From contig NC_092374.1 in the NCBI RefSeq assembly GCF_030028105.1, forward strand, positions 194,179,345 through 194,243,344: a stretch of 64,000 bases of DNA, given 5' to 3'. Positions 36,542 to 48,500 of the stretch are shown one piece after another. A program made the position numbers and the translations under genes. A model generated the notes under the pieces. It was not told where the DNA came from and did no database searches. It was given only the letters and a program-made list of their open reading frames with translations. Source of the stretch: Mobula birostris. Taxonomy: Eukaryota. The stretch's first letter is position 1; the number at the start of each line of letters is the position of its first letter.

Positions 36542-37996
36542 CTGTAAGAGAGAAATAAATGTAAAGGGTTTGCGTCAGCAAGAGTGATCCAAACTGTTAC
36601 ACTTACACGAAACAGGTCAAATTCCTCTGACATCTCACAGGATATTTACATCGCTATCTATAATGCCGTCTCAAGAAGCCAAAGGTTTCCCCAAGGAGGC
36701 AGCTCAACCCCACCACCCATGGGACAATAGAGGCTGCCATTGGTTTCATTCTGGAATGTATCATTCAAAGTGTCCTGACTGGTTACATCCTGCTCTGTCA
36801 TGGCTATTCAAATGCAGAGTTAGTGGACTCTGGCCAGTAAATCACGGGCACATCCCTCCCCACCGTTCAGGAGTACCTACAGAAGGTGCTGCCTCGGGCA
36901 GGAGGTACAGAAGCCAGAAGTCCCACATCAACAAGTCCAAGAACAGCTACTCCTTCCCTTCAACCATTCGGTCCTTGAACCAACCTGCACAACCCTCATC
37001 ACTACCTCAATACAGCAACACCACGACCACTTTGCACTATAATGGACCTCTTTTGTTCTAACTGTGATCTTTCATGTATAGTTTATAATTATTTTAAGTT
37101 TTTCTTGTGATTACTGCCTACCTAGTATAAAGATTATAGATTAGCTTTATTCGTTGCATCTAAATAGTGAAATGCATCGTTTGCATTAATAATCAATACA
37201 GTCTGAAGAAGTGGTGGCGATTGGAAAATTCCCACAACTCACTAAGCCTAACCCTAACATCTTGGGAATATGGGAAGCAACCGGAGGACCAGGAGGAAAC
37301 CCACGCAGTCACGGGGAAAGCATGCAATCTCCTTACAGACAGCGGCGGAATTGAACCCGGGTCACTGGCACTATAAAGTGTTGTGCCAACCATTATGTAC
37401 CTGTGATGCTGATACAAGTTTTCGTTGCACCTGGACATACTTGTGCAGATGACAAGAAACACGAGTTTAACTTTGGTATTTATTATCTATCCCCATTTGC
37501 CCCAAAGCCAATCATATTGCTGGGTCTGGCGTCACACAGGGAATGTTCCGACGGGAAACGGAAGGCAGATGCATGTCCCTGAAGGAATCTTCCTTGTGGC
37601 ATAGAAGAGAGGCCATTCAACTCATTGACTCCATACTAGCTTGCATGTCATTCAATCCAACCTAATCCCCTCCCTGAAGGAATCACATTCTTATATTTAT
37701 TGTGACATAGAAGAGCGGCCATTTTGCCCATGGACACCATACTAGCTCTCAGATAAACCAATCTGACCCAATCCTCCATTTATTTCACTGTAACCTATTC
37801 ATCCTTACAAGCCAATCAACACCTACACTTACCCGCCTCCCCCCCCCACCCCCCACCTGACCACCACGGAGGGTGGGGGTGGTGGTGAAACCACATGGTC
37901 ACAGGTAGGACATGCAAACTCCACACAGACAGTACCCAGGAAGTTACAGGGCCAGAGTGGTGGCCGTGCAGGGAGCTCTCATTAATGGATTCTTAC

Positions 37997-38068
37997 CTCC
38001 GTCTTTGTCAAGTCGGCCTGGCCACAGAGAGGGCAGCTCTCCTGTTTTCCACACGTTGCCATGTGGTC
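37997..38068 (-). CDS. TRAF coding exon 5 (zinc finger)
   Basis: ttttccag|DHMATCGKQESCPLCGQADLTKTE|gtaaga; 72 nt, phase 0-0. Confidence 0.88.
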
Positions 38069-39112
38069 CTGGAAAACAGAGACAGGAGGTCGACTGTATT
38101 ATAGGCTGCAGACGGACACAGTACACGACGCATGTGTGTGGGAGAGGTGGGGGGAGGGTCAGTAACGTTACCGCATGGACGAGGACGAGGAGGCAGGGCC
38201 GTCGGGTTGGGAATAGGGCCCTTCAGGGTGCAGTTAACTAAAAAGGGATGCGGAGCAGGATCAAGCACCAGGGTCCCCTCATGCTGGACTCCTGGTCCCT
38301 GTACCCTTTCCCAGTCATTTCTCACCCCTCCATTCCTACTTCCTCCGACCCAGTCTCCTAACCCGCAGTGTCTAGAACCCCGATACCCAGAACTCCATTG
38401 CCCTGTGATTCCCACCTCACGCCTTGGTGCTGTGGCAGTGTGACACACAGTTTCCCTAACTGTTCTCGTTCCCATTACCCCTCTCCCCACCCTACCACCT
38501 CCTCTGCCTTATCTCTCACTTCCCTCCTCTGTCCCCCTCATCCAGAGCCCTCTCTCCTTTCCCCCTTGACCCTAGGCAACCACCCTCCCCCTTCCACATC
38601 CCCTCACCCATCCTCCACCCCCACCTCCCACTTTTCCCCAACTCCTCTCTCTCCTCTGCTTCCTCACCCTACCCCCTATCTCTTCCAGCTTCCTCCATCC
38701 TCTCTCACCCCCACTCATTCACCCTCCACCCTCTCTCCCATCTTGTGCTGCTCCCCCCACGTCCCTCACCTTCCACCATCTCCCTCCCTTCTCATTCCAA
38801 CCCCTTCCCTCTCTCCCGCCTCTCCCTTCCCTACTCTCACTCGCTTCTCCGCCTTGTCTGTCCGGAGACACTCTCTCTCCTCTCTGACTTGCAGTCTCTA
38901 TCTCTATACATCCCTGAGTTTCATCACTCCACCACTGAAGTCCACGCCTCCACCAACTGAGCTCCCAAACTCTGGAATTTCCTTGGTTTTCCCCAACCTG
39001 GTCAGTTTCTAAAATTCCCATCACCTTCCCTTCGCTCTTGCACCGAGGAAGTAGTTTGGGACGGCACTACAGCAATGGGTTTTGAAGCTGAGAGCCAGCG
39101 CACACACCCCAC

Positions 39113-39286
39113 CTCCAGAAGCTTGTGGATGCAGAACGTCTCACAACGGGGGCAACGCTCCATCCGCCACTCGCACTGCTGGGTCTCGTGAACCAACATG
39201 TCCTTCCTGGGACCGACAGCCTCGCAGCCAAATGCCACATTGGCACAGGGCAGGACCTGGAAACCACACTGTGCCCGGTGTGTACG
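39113..39286 (-). CDS. TRAF coding exon 4 (zinc fingers)
   Basis: catgcag|RTHRAQCGFQVLPCANVAFGCEAVGPRKDMLVHETQQCEWRMERCPRCETFCIHKLLE|gtgggg; 174 nt, phase 0-0. Confidence 0.9.
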
Positions 39287-39309
39287 CTGCATGAGAGAGA
39301 AGCCAGGGA

Positions 39310-39850
39310 GAGTGCGGAGGGGAGGGGGAAGACAAAGAGAGAGAGAGAGAGAGGGGGGGAGAGGGGGAGAAGAGAGGAGGGGTTGAGCGAATAAGAGTGG
39401 GATAAAGAAAATGAATGAGGAGAGAGAGAACAAGAAAAGGAGAGACAGAAAAGAGAGAAAGTAGGGAAAAGTGAAATCAAGGAAAATAAATGAGAGAGGG
39501 AAAGAGAGAATGAGAATGAAATAGGAATGATGAAAAGAGAGAGAGGAGAGGGAAAGAATGTGAGAAAAAGCATGGCGAAGCAAGAAAGAGGAAAAAGCAA
39601 AAGAAGAGAGAGCAAGAAGGAAAGGATAATCAAGACAGGACAGATAGAAAAAGAATGGATGAAATAAAGAGAAAGAAAAACAGAATAGAAAGAAAGAAAG
39701 TGTAAGGAAATGAGAGAGTGAAAATAGAGAAAAGTGTTTAGGAAGGAGTATAAATTAAGAGAGGGAGAGAGAGTTAGGAAGAAACAGAGAAAAAGAGAAA
39801 GAAAGATGAGGAAGAGCACAAAAGGGAAAAACAGAGGGAAGAGAGAGACC
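39310..39850. repeat. Long G/A-rich tract (giant polypyrimidine tract on the TRAF coding strand)
   Basis: Direct reading; source of spurious low-complexity ORFs. Confidence 0.85.
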
Positions 39851-41284
39851 AAAAATGATCAATAAGTATAAAACTCATATCTACACAAGTAAAAAGTTGT
39901 GCTCTATGTGAACCACGCTGCCGCTGTGCCAGGGATTGTGTGCCCAATGAGTCCACCCCAGTGCCCAACTAGGGGTAATGCCAATCACTAATGCCTTCTC
40001 TAATGAAGTACCTATCAACCTCTGCTTTAAATATACTCACTGACTCGGCCTTCACAGCCGTACGTGGCAGTAAGTACCACAGAATCACCAATAAATTCCT
40101 GCTCATCTCTGTTCTAAGAGAGTGTATCTCTCAGAAGGGCCAGTTCTACCTGCTCTGCAGACCAGGTGATGAGATTTTGAGTTAGGGTTAGAGTTTTGAA
40201 ATGCTCTGGAGGTCATCATCTCTGGCATTACTGTTGGGCTTGCCGGGAACACCCGTGAGTTTCCAGCAGGTACTTGCTGGAAGACAGAAACACAGTAAGC
40301 TCCCACTATTACTGATACGGCAGGTGATCTGCTGTTTTTCAATCAGTAGAGGGGTGAATTTCTCAGTTTTCTTCTCAAAATGGCACAGGAAGAGGATATT
40401 CGACCCACTGTCTCTCTGCCAGCTCTCAAAACAATCCCAGCACTACAATGGACCTTTTGTCCGTTCTTTCATGTATAATTTATGTTTATAATTTTGTGCC
40501 TCCTGTGAATCCTGTTTATCTGATGTTACGTGCCTGTGAGGCTGCTGCAGGGAAAGTTTTCATTGCACCTGTGCCTACGTGTACTTGTGGATGTGACAAT
40601 GAACTCAACTCTAGTCTTTGACTTTATTCCACTTATAGAAAATAGAATACAGAACAGTACTGGCCTTTCGGCCCACAATCCTTCTAACCTACGCTACAAT
40701 CAATCTAACCCTTCCCTCCTACATATGTTTCCATTTTTCTATCATTCATGTAACATGTACCGGGGAGACGTCTGATCTCTCTGCCTCTACCACCACCACT
40801 GGCAATGCATTCCATAAGCCTATCACTCTCCCTGTAAAGAATTTAAATCTGACAACCCCACCCCTCATACTTTCCTCTAACCTCCTCACAGTAAGGCAAT
40901 TTACAGTGGCTGATTAACACACCAAACCACTGATGTGGGAGTTTGAGAGAAAACTAAAAACACACACACACACACATAAACACAGCACCAGAAGTCAGGA
41001 TCAAACCCAATGAGGATCTGTGAGACAGCAGGACTACCTGCTACAAGCAGGCTGCCCCTCCTCCCATTTCAGCAGGAGACCCGTTGAATCACTCCGGCAT
41101 TCCCACCGGTTTCGAATCCAGCGGGCATGTGGACCCAGTGGACTCCACTGGCGGTCCCTGCTGGCCACCTAGTGGCAGGAGTTGGTATTACTTCCTCCAG
41201 CCCCCTTTCTCCTTGCATCCCATCCCATCCCCTCTGGGAGTTTCAGTCCATACCCCACCACCCCCACCCAGCACAGAGACTTAC

Positions 41285-41389
41285 CAGGTAGTTCCGCAGC
41301 GAACCGACCCAGTCACAGCCCTCCAAGTGAGCCGTGCAGTGAATCTTTGTGACGTAGGCGTCATTCTCCGCTGCCCTGTCCAGGTAAAC
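41285..41389 (-). CDS. TRAF coding exon 3 (RING-ZF1 linker and ZF1)
   Basis: ctgcag|VYLDRAAENDAYVTKIHCTAHLEGCDWVGSLRNYL|gtaagt; 105 nt, phase 0-0. Confidence 0.9.
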
Positions 41390-43679
41390 CTGCAGCGTGG
41401 ATAAAACGCGAGAGGTTAGGTAATGGTGGAAACCTTGTTCCCTGCGGCTTCTTGCTGCCAATTGGACCTCTGCTGCTATGTATCTGTGTATGTAAGAAGG
41501 CGGCTCTGACAACACAGAGGTTCGTAGAGTCATACAGTACGAAAGCAGGCTCTTCGGCCCACATTGTCCATGCCATGATTTTTGTCCATCTACCTTAATC
41601 CCATGACCGAAAAGCCTGGATAGAGTAGAGATGGAAAGGATGTTTCCTTTAGTAGGAGAGTCTACAATCCAAGGGAATGGCCTCAGGATAAAAGGACTAA
41701 AACTGTAAAGAGAAAGGATTTCTTCAGCCAGAGGGTGGAGAATCTCTTGCCAGAGAGGGCTGTGGAGGCTAAGTCATTTTGGTGTATTTAAGGCAGAGAT
41801 TGATAAATCCCTGATTAGTAAGGGGGTTGAGGGTTCACAGGAGGGGGTTGAGAATGAGAGTGAAAAAAAGCTGGATTTGAATCGTGGAGCAAACTCAAAG
41901 AGCCAAATGGCCTAGTTCTGCCCCTATATATTCTGGCCAATTACACATTAGGACTGCATATAAAAATACACAAATTTTGGAGATCTGAAATAAAAGCAGA
42001 AAATGCTGGGGAAACTCAGCAGGTTGGGCAGCATCTGTGGAGAGAGAAGCAGTTCAGGTCAAAGAGCATTGATCAGTATTAGCCGATGAATGGTCTTACA
42101 GCTGAAATGTTCACTGTTTCTCGTTCCATAGGTGCTGACTGACCTGCTGAGTGTTTCCAGCATTCTTTGCACATGCTTCTTTGGCCATGCTGAGAGTACA
42201 GGAACAGCGTTGGGCACAATACAGGTACGACGTGATTGCATACGGAGGGGACTTATTGGGGCTGGAAAATCCAAGCTCCAAGGACAAATTAGATAGGTTA
42301 GGATGGAGTTTTCTCTGGAACAGAGGGGGCTGAAGGGAGGCTTAATTCCCATGTAGAAAATTATATGGAACCATGATTGAATAAAGGACCAATTTCCCCT
42401 GGCTGAGAGCTTTAGAACATAGAACAAGACTGGCCCTGTGGCCCACCAAACATGATACAAATTAAATTACCCAGTAAATCTCACCTGACTCTGCACAGGA
42501 CCCATATCCCTGCATTCACTGCATATCCATGTGTCTTTCTAAAGGCCTCTTAAACATCACTATTCCACCACCACTGCTGGTAGCCCATTCCAGTAACCCA
42601 GCACTCTGTGCAGAAAGAACTCTCCTCCACACATCTGCTGTAAACTTTGAATCTCTCACCTTAAGTGCCTATCTAGTATTTGACATTTTATTTTTCCCCT
42701 GGGGGAAAGACTCTGACTGTCTACTTGAAGTTTGGATAAGTACTTGGACAGGAAGGTTACGGTGAGCTGCGATCTAGGTGCGGGTCGGTGGGTCGGCGGG
42801 ACTTGGCAGAATGATAGTTTGTATGGACTAGATGGGCCGAAGGGTCTGTTTCCCTGCTGCAGTGCTCGCTGACCCTACCTCTGCCTCTGAGACTTCAATC
42901 AGCCACTGACGCTCCAGAGAAAACTATCCAATTTTGTCCAACCTCTCCTCATAGTCTGCACCCTCTGATCCAACTTGGTAAACCTCTTCTGTACCTTTTC
43001 CAAAGTCTCCACATCTTTCCAGCAATCAGATATCTCAGGTATTCACTAAATGAATTAGAATAAATGAGAGGAGCAGTTTCTCTGCCTCAAGGATGGTAGG
43101 GTTTCTGGAGCTCTCTAGCAGAAAAGTTGAGTGAATCCGAAACCCCTCACTACAATGGAATAGTAGTTAGATGTGTACTTAAAGGGCTACGACCCCAATG
43201 CTACTCAGCTGAGCAGCACAGACACAATGAGCCAAAGGGCCTCCTTCTATACCACAAATGCTCTATGACCACCAAGTCCCATGAACGGCCTATGTCAGCA
43301 AAGCAAAACTTTCCATCCCTCAAGTTCCCGTCACCTCTTGGAAAGTTTTAGTTCCCCCTTGTATTTTACCTATTAAAATTCCCAGAAGGAGGGAGAGGGA
43401 TGTGCGGAAATTCCTGGAGATCATGAGTTGGTGGGGCCAAGAGTGATGACATCAACTTTGTTCATCGCCAGCCCTGAGTGGCCACAGAAGCGCAGTGTTT
43501 CTCTTCATCCTCCCTGCCTGCGCAGACCTCCTGAACTAGCCAGCGGAGGCTGCCTTCAATACCACTCCGAACCGTGCCAAAGCAACATCATGCACTAATG
43601 ACTCACTACTGTCTGTCTCTGGGAATCTCCCCTCTTCTCCAGCAAAACACAGATAACTCATTCCCTACGTAGGAATTCC

Positions 43680-44220
43680 AGTTAAATTCCAATTTGTAAG
43701 ATATTCCCCCATATCCGTTACTCGCTACATAAACCTCCAGAACTCCACAATTAGATTCCGTCTGTAATTCACTCCTGAATATTCATTATTCTGTGTATAA
43801 ACTACCGGAACCTCTTGAAATTCTACCCTGTAACTCACTCCCAAGTACAGCATTCTATATATAAACCTTCTGAACTCCTTAACTAAATCACTCCTGGGAA
43901 TCCATTATTCTGTCCTCTGAACTCCCCAACTAGATTGCAGACTGTAATTCACTCCCAGGTATCTATTATTGTATGTATAATCCCCCTATGCTCCTCAGCT
44001 AGATTCCAGACGGTAACTCACTACCAAATATCTGTTATTCTATGTATAATTCACCAACTAAATTCCAGCCTGTAACTCATCCCTGGAACCCATTACCTTA
44101 CAAATACAACTTGTGAACCCTCAATTAAATTCTAGCTTGTACCCATCCCTGGGTGTCCATTGTCCAATAATATAACCATCTGAGTTCTCTGACAGATTGC
44201 AGCCCATAAGTCAGTCCTGG
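43680..44220. repeat. Degenerate minisatellite, ~65-75-bp unit (ctgtaactcactcccaggtatctgttattctatgtataa...tagattcca)
   Basis: About 8 recognisable units. Confidence 0.75.
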
Positions 44221-44355
44221 AGACAGTGCCCACGAAGCAACATTCCTTGCAACCCCCACAACACAGCCCAGCTCTAATCCACATCTCCCTCCTTTGCAAA
44301 TACGTCAAACAGCAATAACAGTGATAAGATGCTTACAACACATAAGAGGTCCTAC

Positions 44356-44410
44356 CTTGGAACGAAGAACCTTCTTTTGGCAAATGTAGCAATCCGCTTC
44401 ATTTCCTGTC
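44356..44410 (-). CDS. TRAF coding exon 2 (completes RING)
   Basis: ttttag|G TGNEADCYICQKKVLRSK|gtagga; 55 nt, phase 2-0; supplies the final CxxC. Confidence 0.88.
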
Positions 44411-47400
44411 CTAAAATATGCAGAAAAAGATTAATATTTTCACATTCATTTCTTCTAACTTGGTGTTCCCAGTATGTGAGTGTTTGAGCCATTGCTGGGT
44501 TTTTGCTTTTCACAGTCAAGCCCCTTCCCTTCCAAAGGAACACCGAAGAAAAAGTACAGCTGTCCAGAGAAGATGCAGTGCACGGATGGGGTCAAATTGC
44601 ACTCAGTCCCTTCAGGGGAGATCACTGGAATTCTCCACCCTCAGTCGGAGGACTGTTGGAGGCTCCCTCATTTGTTGTGTTCAAAACAGAGGTCAATTGA
44701 TTTGTAGATGTTAAAGAAAGACAGGGGTGTAGGGAAAGGACAGGAAAATGTGACAAGGGATCATTAATTCACCTGGTTTCTCCTAGCAGATTGTACATTA
44801 GTTAGTCATTGTAAATTGTCCAAAGCGGGATCTTTGGACAGACATATGTCATGGAATTTGTTACTTAGCAGCAGCAGTACCTAAAAATTATGATAGGTAG
44901 ATAGATAGATGAAGATAGGTGGATAGATAGAGGGAGGTAGATAGACGAAGATAAATGAATACACGGGTGAAGACAGAAAGATCAAGAAGAGAGCAAAATG
45001 GTCACCAGCATGAATGCGAGAGGGAGAATCGAGATGGGGTGGAGTGGTGACAGGTGTTGAAGGGACAATAATATAGCATCTGTGTTGGATTATTGTAAAT
45101 AGATGTTGGATGATCGAGAGATGGCTTTGTCAGTGCTGCAGGGCTCTGATTTTTATGACTGGTTGACCAGGGTTGAGTTGCCAAGTCTATTCATGTTCCC
45201 TATAGACTTATATTTTAGGAAAGGATAAGTAGTTGGCCTCTGCAGAATGGCCCATTGGGTAGCTGAGTGATAGAGTCTGGGGACAGTTTATGAGCATGGA
45301 AGAAAATAAAAAGAGGGTTGGGGTAGGATTAATGTACATGGTGATTGACTGTCATCAAAGACTTAGTGATTTAAAAGACTTGTTTCTGTGCTGTACTCTC
45401 CTATGACCATAAGACATAGGAGCAGATTTAGCCCATTTAGTTCTTCGAGTCTGTTCTGCCATGCAATCATGGCTGATTGATACTATGCCAACCCTGTTGC
45501 AATGTTGGAAACAGCATGGCACATTGGTGCCAGAAGCTTGGCAACATGTGTAGGCTGCCTCCTCCCAGCACATTTTGGACTCTGTAGGAACAACACGTTT
45601 TTTTTTTGTACATTAAAGATAATCTAATCTTTAAACACATTCAATTTGCCTCTCAGAAAGTCCTTCAGCAGCAGATCATCAACCTCTTCACTCCCTAACT
45701 ATATGGGCAGCAGGCTCACGGGCACATTGCCACTTCCAACAACTACCCTGCCTAAATCACTCCACCGACTCAAGAACAGACCACGTCCCCATCCAGATCC
45801 TACTCCACCATAAACACACTCTTCACCGAAGATTCAAGAAGACTATCCACTATAGGTGAGAATTAGGAACAAAATAAAAGCAGAAGATGCCGGAAACACT
45901 CGGCAGGTCAGGCAGCGCCCATGGAGAGAGAAACAGAGTTAACATTTCAGGACAAAAACTGAATTGAAATGTTAAATCAGAGAGTCTTGACAAAGGGTCT
46001 TGGCCTGGAAGGTCAACTCTTTAATTCTCTCCATAGATGCCGCCAGCATGCTGAGTTCCTTCAGCATTTTCTGTGTTTCTCTGGATTCCCAGCATCAGGA
46101 GAACCCCTTGCATTAACATTTTTTCCTCATTATTTTCTCAGTGCTCCCTGCATTTTCTACTTCATTTTTGATTTCGGGTTTCCAACACCTAAAATTGCTT
46201 TTCACTTTCACAATGAGAATTCACCAGTAGGTGCAGGCGTGGACACCGAAGGGATTTTAAAATGAAAATAGGTTCAACTATACACACGCTGTCCATATAT
46301 TGATCACTGAGATTCTAAACTCTAACTTTAGGTACTTTTTTCTTCTTTCTGTTTGTCTCAGGATGGGGCATTTTGCCAACCAGATTTCTCTTGTATGTTC
46401 CGGCTCGCTGGGTATAGTAGTCATAGTCATACTTTATTAATCCCGGGGGAAATTGGTTTTCATTACAGTTGCTCCATAAATAATAAATAGTAATAGAACC
46501 ATAAATAGTTAAAAATATGTATGTCCCAGTAAATCTGACTCCACATCAGTACCCAGACTTACAACATTAGCCACACATTACAGGATGGGGAAAAGCTGCG
46601 GAGGGTTGCAAACGCAGCTAGTTCCATCATGGGCACTAGCCTCCCCTCTTCTGAGGGCGTCTTCAAAAGGTGATTCTTCAAAATAGGGGGCATACATCAT
46701 TAAGGAACCCTATCACCCAGGGCATGCCCGCTCCTTATTGCTACCATCACGAACAAGTTACAGGAGCCTGAAGACCCACACTCAACATTTTAGAAGCAGC
46801 TTCTTCCTCTCTGCCATCAGATCTCCGAACGGATGATGAACCAACCATGAACTACTTCATTAATTATTTGCTCTCCGTTTTTGCACTACTTATATACAGT
46901 ATATATCTCTTATTGTAATTTATAGTTTATTTTATCTACTGCCACAATACAACCGATTTAAAAACATACGCCATTGATATTAAAACTGATTCTGATTACA
47001 ATGGAGATTATCTGTCCGTTACTTCATCCCACAAATCTTCTGTGTTCCGCTCAGATCCCTCTCTCACCTTCTCTGCTACCTGGTCTAAACTTGTTTTCAC
47101 TCTTGCTCAGTCCTGATGAAGTGACTCCGACCTTAGAAGTTAACTGTTTCTTATCCCGTAAACGCTGCTGAGTTCTTTTCAAACATTTTCGGTTTTTGTG
47201 ACTGTACCTAAGCTCTTTGGACCCGAATGGCTTACTGTCATGGTGCATTTTTCCTTGAAGGCTAGGAGAAGGCTTGTTAGACATAAGAGGGGCATTAAAA
47301 GGCTTACTGGGGAAGGGGGGGGGATCCATCCTGTACAAGGATGATAAAGTTTTAATTTGAGAACTATGTAAATATGGATTAAAGTTATGTAATAAACATA

Positions 47401-47475
47401 TTTTTAAAAAGACAAACTCTGAGAATTCTATCCACCTCCCGGCGATGATCCACCACCTCTGTCCCCCTGACTCAC

Positions 47476-47624
47476 CTGAACAGATTCTCCAGGCAGGCGG
47501 TACAGTAGCGGTGGCCACATTCCGTCTGCTTCGGTTTGATCAGCAAGAAGCGGCAGGCGGAGCACAGCAGGCAGGAGCTGGCGATCGGATCCACTGGGCT
47601 GATGCCTGACACCAAGGCTACCAT
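47476..47624 (-). CDS. TRAF coding exon 1 (ATG, C3HC4 RING first part)
   Basis: Acceptor ggccag| at 47633, ATG at 47624; [51 protein letters not shown]|gtgagt; 149 coding nt, phase 2. Confidence 0.9.
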
Positions 47625-47699
47625 AATCCCACACTGGCCGAGGAAAGAGACGCAAATTAAACTTCTGCTACTCAAATACAGCGCCGGCGTCAGAGAGTG

Positions 47700-48500
47700 C
47701 CTTTAAGAATGCAGGCTACGGAATCCCCTGTGCGTCACTAGACGTTACAAATCCTGCCCTTTGTGACGTCATAGGTACAACCCAGCGCTCCAGTATAATG
47801 TTCCCGGACGTCATAGGTACAACCCAGCGCTCCAGTATAATGTTCCTCCCATCCGGGCAACGTTCCAATCCCTTTGTGACGTCACGGTCTTTCACCTTGC
47901 CGAAACTTGAATAGGGGAACTGAACGGAACAAGAAGGTGCAGAGAATGGAACGTACATCATCTTTCAAACAAAATGCTGAAAGGAACTCAGCGGGCCATG
48001 CAGCATCCGTGGAGAAAAGCAGACCGTTAAACGTTTCGGGTCAACACACACAGAGTGCTGGAGGAACTCAGCGGGTCAGACAGCACCTATGCAGGAAAAT
48101 GACCTTTCGCGCCGAGATGCTTCAGCGGGACTTACAGGAAGGGTCAGGGTATCGTCCTCATTTTCCTATCACTTGGGGAGCGTGTTGAGGTAATCACGAG
48201 CTCGGCGCTGTTATGGTAAATCGAGGCATGCATGACTCAGGGACTTAGTCTTCGGGGAAGGTTGGACGGGGGTAAAGATAGAAATGAAATCTAATGTGCT
48301 GCGGTCATCGTCACGAGAAGCAAGCTGTGTGAGATGCGCGAAAGGAAATCTGAAGATGCGAATCCGAAATAGAAACAGAAAAATCTAGAAAGATTATGTT
48401 TCAACTCGCTGACCTTGGATTGGATTTGGTGTGCTGCGTATGTGACTCTGCACAGGTAAGCGCCACCGGGACTTTTAAAACCCGCATCCTTGTTTTCAAA
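47700..48500. promoter_or_regulatory. CpG-rich candidate (bidirectional) promoter region
   Basis: TGACGTCA at 47764 and 47877; GAAAnnGAAAnnGAAA at 48366-48381; minus donor CCT|gtaagt at 48136; plus donor CAG|gtaagc at 48455. Confidence 0.5.

Noticed and set aside
38368-39852. Long ORFs 38368-39012, 39002-39583 and 39067-39852
   Set aside because: Low-complexity tracts lacking stops; only 39113-39286 is a real exon.
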